In this document: positions 59,976-64,000 of the stretch, one piece after another | How the letters are laid out: the number at the start of each line of letters is the position of its first letter | How positions within the stretch are numbered: the first letter of the stretch is position 1 | Source of the DNA: Craspedostauros australis | Lineage: Eukaryota | NCBI GenBank assembly: GCA_030167865.1 | Contig: JALAGF010001026.1 | Location: forward strand, 1-64,000 | Reading direction: 5' to 3' | DNA length: 64,000 nucleotides | Position numbers and translations under genes: made by a program | The notes under the pieces: generated by a model | The model's input: only the letters and a program-made list of their open reading frames with translations | The model's database searches: none | What the model was told of the DNA's origin: nothing

Positions 59976-60380
59976 GGAGAAGTCAGGAGTGCTGTGCTGC
60001 GACGAACAGTGCTCTCAAGAGAGAGAGAGCACTAGAATAAGTGCGATGGGGATGAAGAAACAAAAACAGAGATGGTGTTCGTGCAAAATGAAACATGTGG
60101 TCTTTCTACTTTTGGGTGATGTGCTGGACTGCTGTTGGTGCTGCATGATACTTCGGCTCGCACCGCGTTTGGGCGTGTCACGGGGTGAAGGGACCCCTGC
60201 TGTCAAGTTTCATCCATCAAGCCTCAGTGCGATGTTCCTAAAATACCCGTTGTTGCGCAAGGTATTTGTTCTGTATTGCAACTGAATTGGAACTGTGTCG
60301 CAACGTTCCCAACACAAGCAGCCCTGAACGACGCAGCCTTCATCCATGCATGCGCCATATTCTATACGTCTTCACATGCA

Positions 60381-61901
60381 TCAAAGCTTCAGCTCCTTGA
60401 CCTTCTCCCAGGTGAAGTCCGGATCATCGCGACCGAAATGACCGTACGCCGCGGTCTTGCGCATGATGGGCCGTCTCAGGTCGAGATCCCGGATGATGCC
60501 TCCGGGGCGCAGATCGAAATTCTTCTTGACGACCTCCACCAGGTCCGCGTCCGTCATACCTTCCTTCGTCGTGCTGTAGCTATCGACGAAGACGGAGATC
60601 GGATGGGTGATGCCAATGGCGTACGACAGCTGGACGAGCGCGCGGCGGCACAGACCGGCGGCCACCAGGGACTTGGCGACCCATCGCGCGGCGTAGGCGG
60701 CGGATCGATCGACCTTGGTGGTGTCCTTGCCGGAGAAGGCGCCGCCGCCATGGGCACCCCATCCACCGTAGGTATCGACGATAATCTTGCGGCCCGTGAG
60801 ACCGGCATCGCCGTGCGGGCCTCCGATGACGAATCGGCCGCTGGGGTTGAAATGGAAGACGGTCTCGCTGTCCAGGTACTTCTCCGGAACGACCGGCTTG
60901 ATGACGTGCTCCCGAAGGTCTGCCGCGATCTGATCTTTGCTGACGCCCTCGGAATGCTGGCATGAAATGACGATGGTGTGGACTCGTTGCGGGACCGGCA
61001 CGCCGTTCTCCAATCTGTACTCGCACGTGACCTGGGTCTTGGCATCGGGTCGGACCCAGTCGCATGTTCCATTCTTTCGCACTTCCGTGATTTTGGATCC
61101 CAGCTGCGTCGCCAGCTTGTGCGTGAGCGGCATGTAGGTGTCCGTCTCGTCCGTGGCGTAACCGAACATGATGCCCTGATCTCCGGCTCCCAGATCCTCG
61201 ATCTTTCCTGCATCCACCGATTGGGCGACGTCAGCAGACTGGTCGTCGATGGCCACAATGACGTTGCACGTTTTGTAATCGAAGCCCTTGGCCGGGTCGT
61301 CGTAGCCAATGTCCTTGATGGCGTCGCGGATGACCTGCTCGTAATTGACGGTGGCGGACGAGGTGATCTCGCCGAAGATCATGACCATTCCGGTCTTGCA
61401 GCACGTCTCGCATGCCACGCGGGACATCTCGTCGCCCGAAACGCATGCGTCCAGGATGGCATCAGAGACCTGATCGCAGATCTTGTCTGTGGTATTGCAG
61501 CGGTGAGTTTAGAGAGGAGTTTAGAGAGAAGTATCGAGGAGTATTGTGTGTTGTGAGTTGAGTGTTGTGCATTGCGTACAATTTGATTGAGAGCAAGAGG
61601 GACGGTTCAGAGTCGCAGTTCGATTCTCCAGAAGTGGATTCGATTGGGAGAGGAGGACAGCAGGAAGAGCAGTGATGAGTGATGAACGATCATGGCAGAA
61701 CAGTTGCTCGTGTCTGACACTTGTTGCGATGGCTTGGAGATGACCATGCCAAGTCCAAGCCTGTTCCTCGAGCGTTCGCTCAAATCCAGATGTGCATCTT
61801 GTGAACAGTCGTGATGCTGTCACGTCGATGGGTGCGGGCAGGGTTGACTGACCTGGGTGGCCTTCGTTCACCGACTCGGAGGTGAAGAGATAGGTCGACA
61901 T
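60381..61901 (-). CDS. MAT: S-adenosylmethionine synthetase, canonical eukaryotic MAT, 384 aa; exons 61901-61853 and 61486-60381
   Basis: [13 protein letters not shown] across a 366-nt intron, [23 protein letters not shown]. No MATX-type insertions. Confidence 0.97.
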
Positions 61902-61915
61902 GATTGATGAGCAAG

Positions 61916-62056
61916 GTAGAGTAGAGTAGAGTAGAGTAGAGTAAAGTAGAGTACGCTGTGGGAAAGCAATCGTTGAACTGCTTCTGATTCTCTGTCTTGT
62001 TTGTTGCGTTGCTTCCTAGTTGTGCCTAGCTCGTTAGTTGTTGTGCCTAGCTCGTT
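61916..62056. repeat. (GTAGA)n run and a duplicated 17-mer GTTGTGCCTAGCTCGTT (62019, 62040) in the MAT/MATX intergenic region
   Basis: Directly visible in the sequence. Confidence 0.9.
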
Positions 62057-62981
62057 GTTGTACATGTGGTCGTACTTGTATCATCGTTTGCCGCTTCGTC
62101 CAAACCGCAACGCGCCCGCAACAAGAAGACCAACGGCTGCTCCGCCATGGTCGCCACGTTTCGCTTTCCTTCTTCTGTTCGCCTCGTGTTGTTGCCCATT
62201 TTTCGCGCAGCGTTGTTGTCCGAAGGTTTCCGATGTTTGGATTTTTTGTTGTTGGATCTGTCGTGTTCGTGTTTGGATAGCTCGAGTTCTCACTGCGAGG
62301 TCTGTGGTTCTCGCTCGCATGTCTGTGTCGATGTCTTTGTCTGCCTCGGAAACCAACATCCGTTGTTGTGTCGCACAGACAAAGTGATAACAAAATGATG
62401 ATGTTGGAAGAGGAACGTGACAATGGTAGACGGACATACGGACAGACCTATAGAGAACCAGCCCACCGCAATCCACGGGACTGGATGGAACGTTCGCATG
62501 CTCACCGCACAATTTTTTTGACGGAGATGCGCGGTGTGCGTGACGGCGGAATCTTTTTTGGGAAGCCGGTGACACAACGACGCGAGTGCGGGGGTGGCAC
62601 ACGTTGAGAGATCCAAATTTGCCACCAGACAACACGCGTCTTCCGCCCACAATCGTCATTGTTGCCGCCACACGCGTTGACGCGCGTCCAAGTGTCTTCG
62701 TCTTTGGATCTTTCTCGCGACAGAACTCGTCGTCTCGTGCGCAGGGGTGCAGTTTGGCTGTGCATGCTCACCAACAAACACCCAACAACCAACTGACAAG
62801 GCACCCAACGACCAACCAAATCGAAGAGCAAACAACCAAGAAATTCAACGCCCCTCGCACCAGGCGCAAAATCATTTTCTCGCCTCTATCAACAGCCTCA
62901 TCATAAATTGCCCAAAGGAGCAAATCAAACGGAATCTCTCCCACTTTCAACCAACCCAAACAACCCAAACAACCATCCACC

Positions 62982-64000
62982 ATGACAACCAAGGTCGCCG
63001 CCGAGGAACGCAACTTCCTTTTCTCCTCCGAGTCCGTGAACGAGGGCCACCCAGACAAGCTCTGCGACCAGGTCTCCGATGCCGTCCTCGACGCCTGCCT
63101 GAAGGCCGACCCATACTCCAAGGTCGCCTGCGAGACCGCCACCAAGGACAACATGGTCATGGTCTTCGGTGAGATCACCACCGCCGGAAAGATCGACTAC
63201 GAGGCCATCGTGCGCGAGCAGGTCCGCGAGATCGGCTTCGACTCCTTCGTCGATGACCTCAGCTCCGTCACCTCCAAGGGTCTCTCCTGCGACTCCTGCG
63301 AGGTCCTCGTCCGCATCAACAAGCAGTCCCCAGACATCGCCGGAGGAGTCCACGTCGGCAAGTCCGAGCTCGACGTCGGCGCCGGTGACCAGGGTATTAT
63401 GTTCGGATACGCCTCCGACGAGACCGACAACTGCATGCCGCTCACCCACCTCATGGCCACCATGCTCGGAAAGCGCCTCACGGACGTCCGAAAGGACGGC
63501 TCCCTCTGGTGGCTCCGCCCAGACGGAAAGACCCAGGTCACCATCGAGTACACCCAGCACGCCGATGGATCCGTCACACCAATCAAGATCCACACCGTCG
63601 TCATCTCCACCCAGCACGCCGAGCCATCCAAGGCCAAGAGAACCGAGGAGCAGAACGGAAAGGACAACCGCGAGACCTACACCGGCGACGAGGTCATCGC
63701 CCCAACCATGGAGGAGATGAACGACCTCATCCACGAGCACGTCATCGTCGCCACCCTCAAGTCCATCAAGCTCAAGAGCGGAGAGACCGCCATGTCCATC
63801 TACAGCAAGGACACCTGCAACCTCCACATCAACCCATCCGGAAAGTTCATCATCGGAGGACCACAGGGAGACGCCGGACTCACCGGCCGCAAGATCATCA
63901 TCGACACCTACGGTGGATGGGGTGCCCACGGAGGCGGCGCCTTCTCCGGAAAGGACCCAACCAAGGTCGACCGATCCGCCGCCTACGCATGCCGATGGAT
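62982..64000 (+). CDS. MATX: S-adenosylmethionine synthetase, divergent paralogue MATX (3'-truncated by the window edge; absent from the ORF track)
   Basis: Hand translation [30 protein letters not shown]...GAGDQG...[19 protein letters not shown]. Insertions relative to [69 protein letters not shown]. Confidence 0.93.
   Translation, partial: MTTKVAAEERNFLFSSESVNEGHPDKLCDQVSDAVLDACLKADPYSKVACETATKDNMVMVFGEITTAGKIDYEAIVREQVREIGFDSFVDDLSSVTSKGLSCDSCEVLVRINKQSPDIAGGVHVGKSELDVGAGDQGIMFGYASDETDNCMPLTHLMATMLGKRLTDVRKDGSLWWLRPDGKTQVTIEYTQHADGSVTPIKIHTVVISTQHAEPSKAKRTEEQNGKDNRETYTGDEVIAPTMEEMNDLIHEHVIVATLKSIKLKSGETAMSIYSKDTCNLHINPSGKFIIGGPQGDAGLTGRKIIIDTYGGWGAHGGGAFSGKDPTKVDRSAAYACRW

Overview
Gene-dense eukaryotic nuclear DNA with GT-AG introns and CAA/GA microsatellites. 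The gene content (MATX, an HSF-like protein, a stand-alone HPt, a large STAND ATPase) suggests a diatom-like stramenopile, which is an inference. About 17 genes were reconstructed with splice sites: cytochrome c peroxidase, HSF-domain protein, cytosolic LeuRS, HPt, AMPK-gamma/SNF4, eRF1, an XRN-type exoribonuclease, an NRPS-like A-T-R reductase, a low-complexity protein, RIC1, a STAND ATPase-TPR, CHCHD2, a zf-C3H1+LRR protein, a GcvH-like protein, two coiled-coil proteins, and two SAM synthetases. Highlights: (1) canonical MAT and the divergent paralogue MATX, which the ORF track missed, sit head-to-head about 1.1 kb apart; (2) an A-T-R enzyme resembles fungal glycine-betaine reductase but lacks the second reductase domain; (3) a CpG-depleted ~1.4 kb foldback-like element is built from ~180-bp subrepeats; (4) an XRN carries a possible organellar presequence and repeated dsRBD-like modules; (5) an HSF domain has an acidic recognition helix. 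All calls come from motif recognition by eye; no searches were run.
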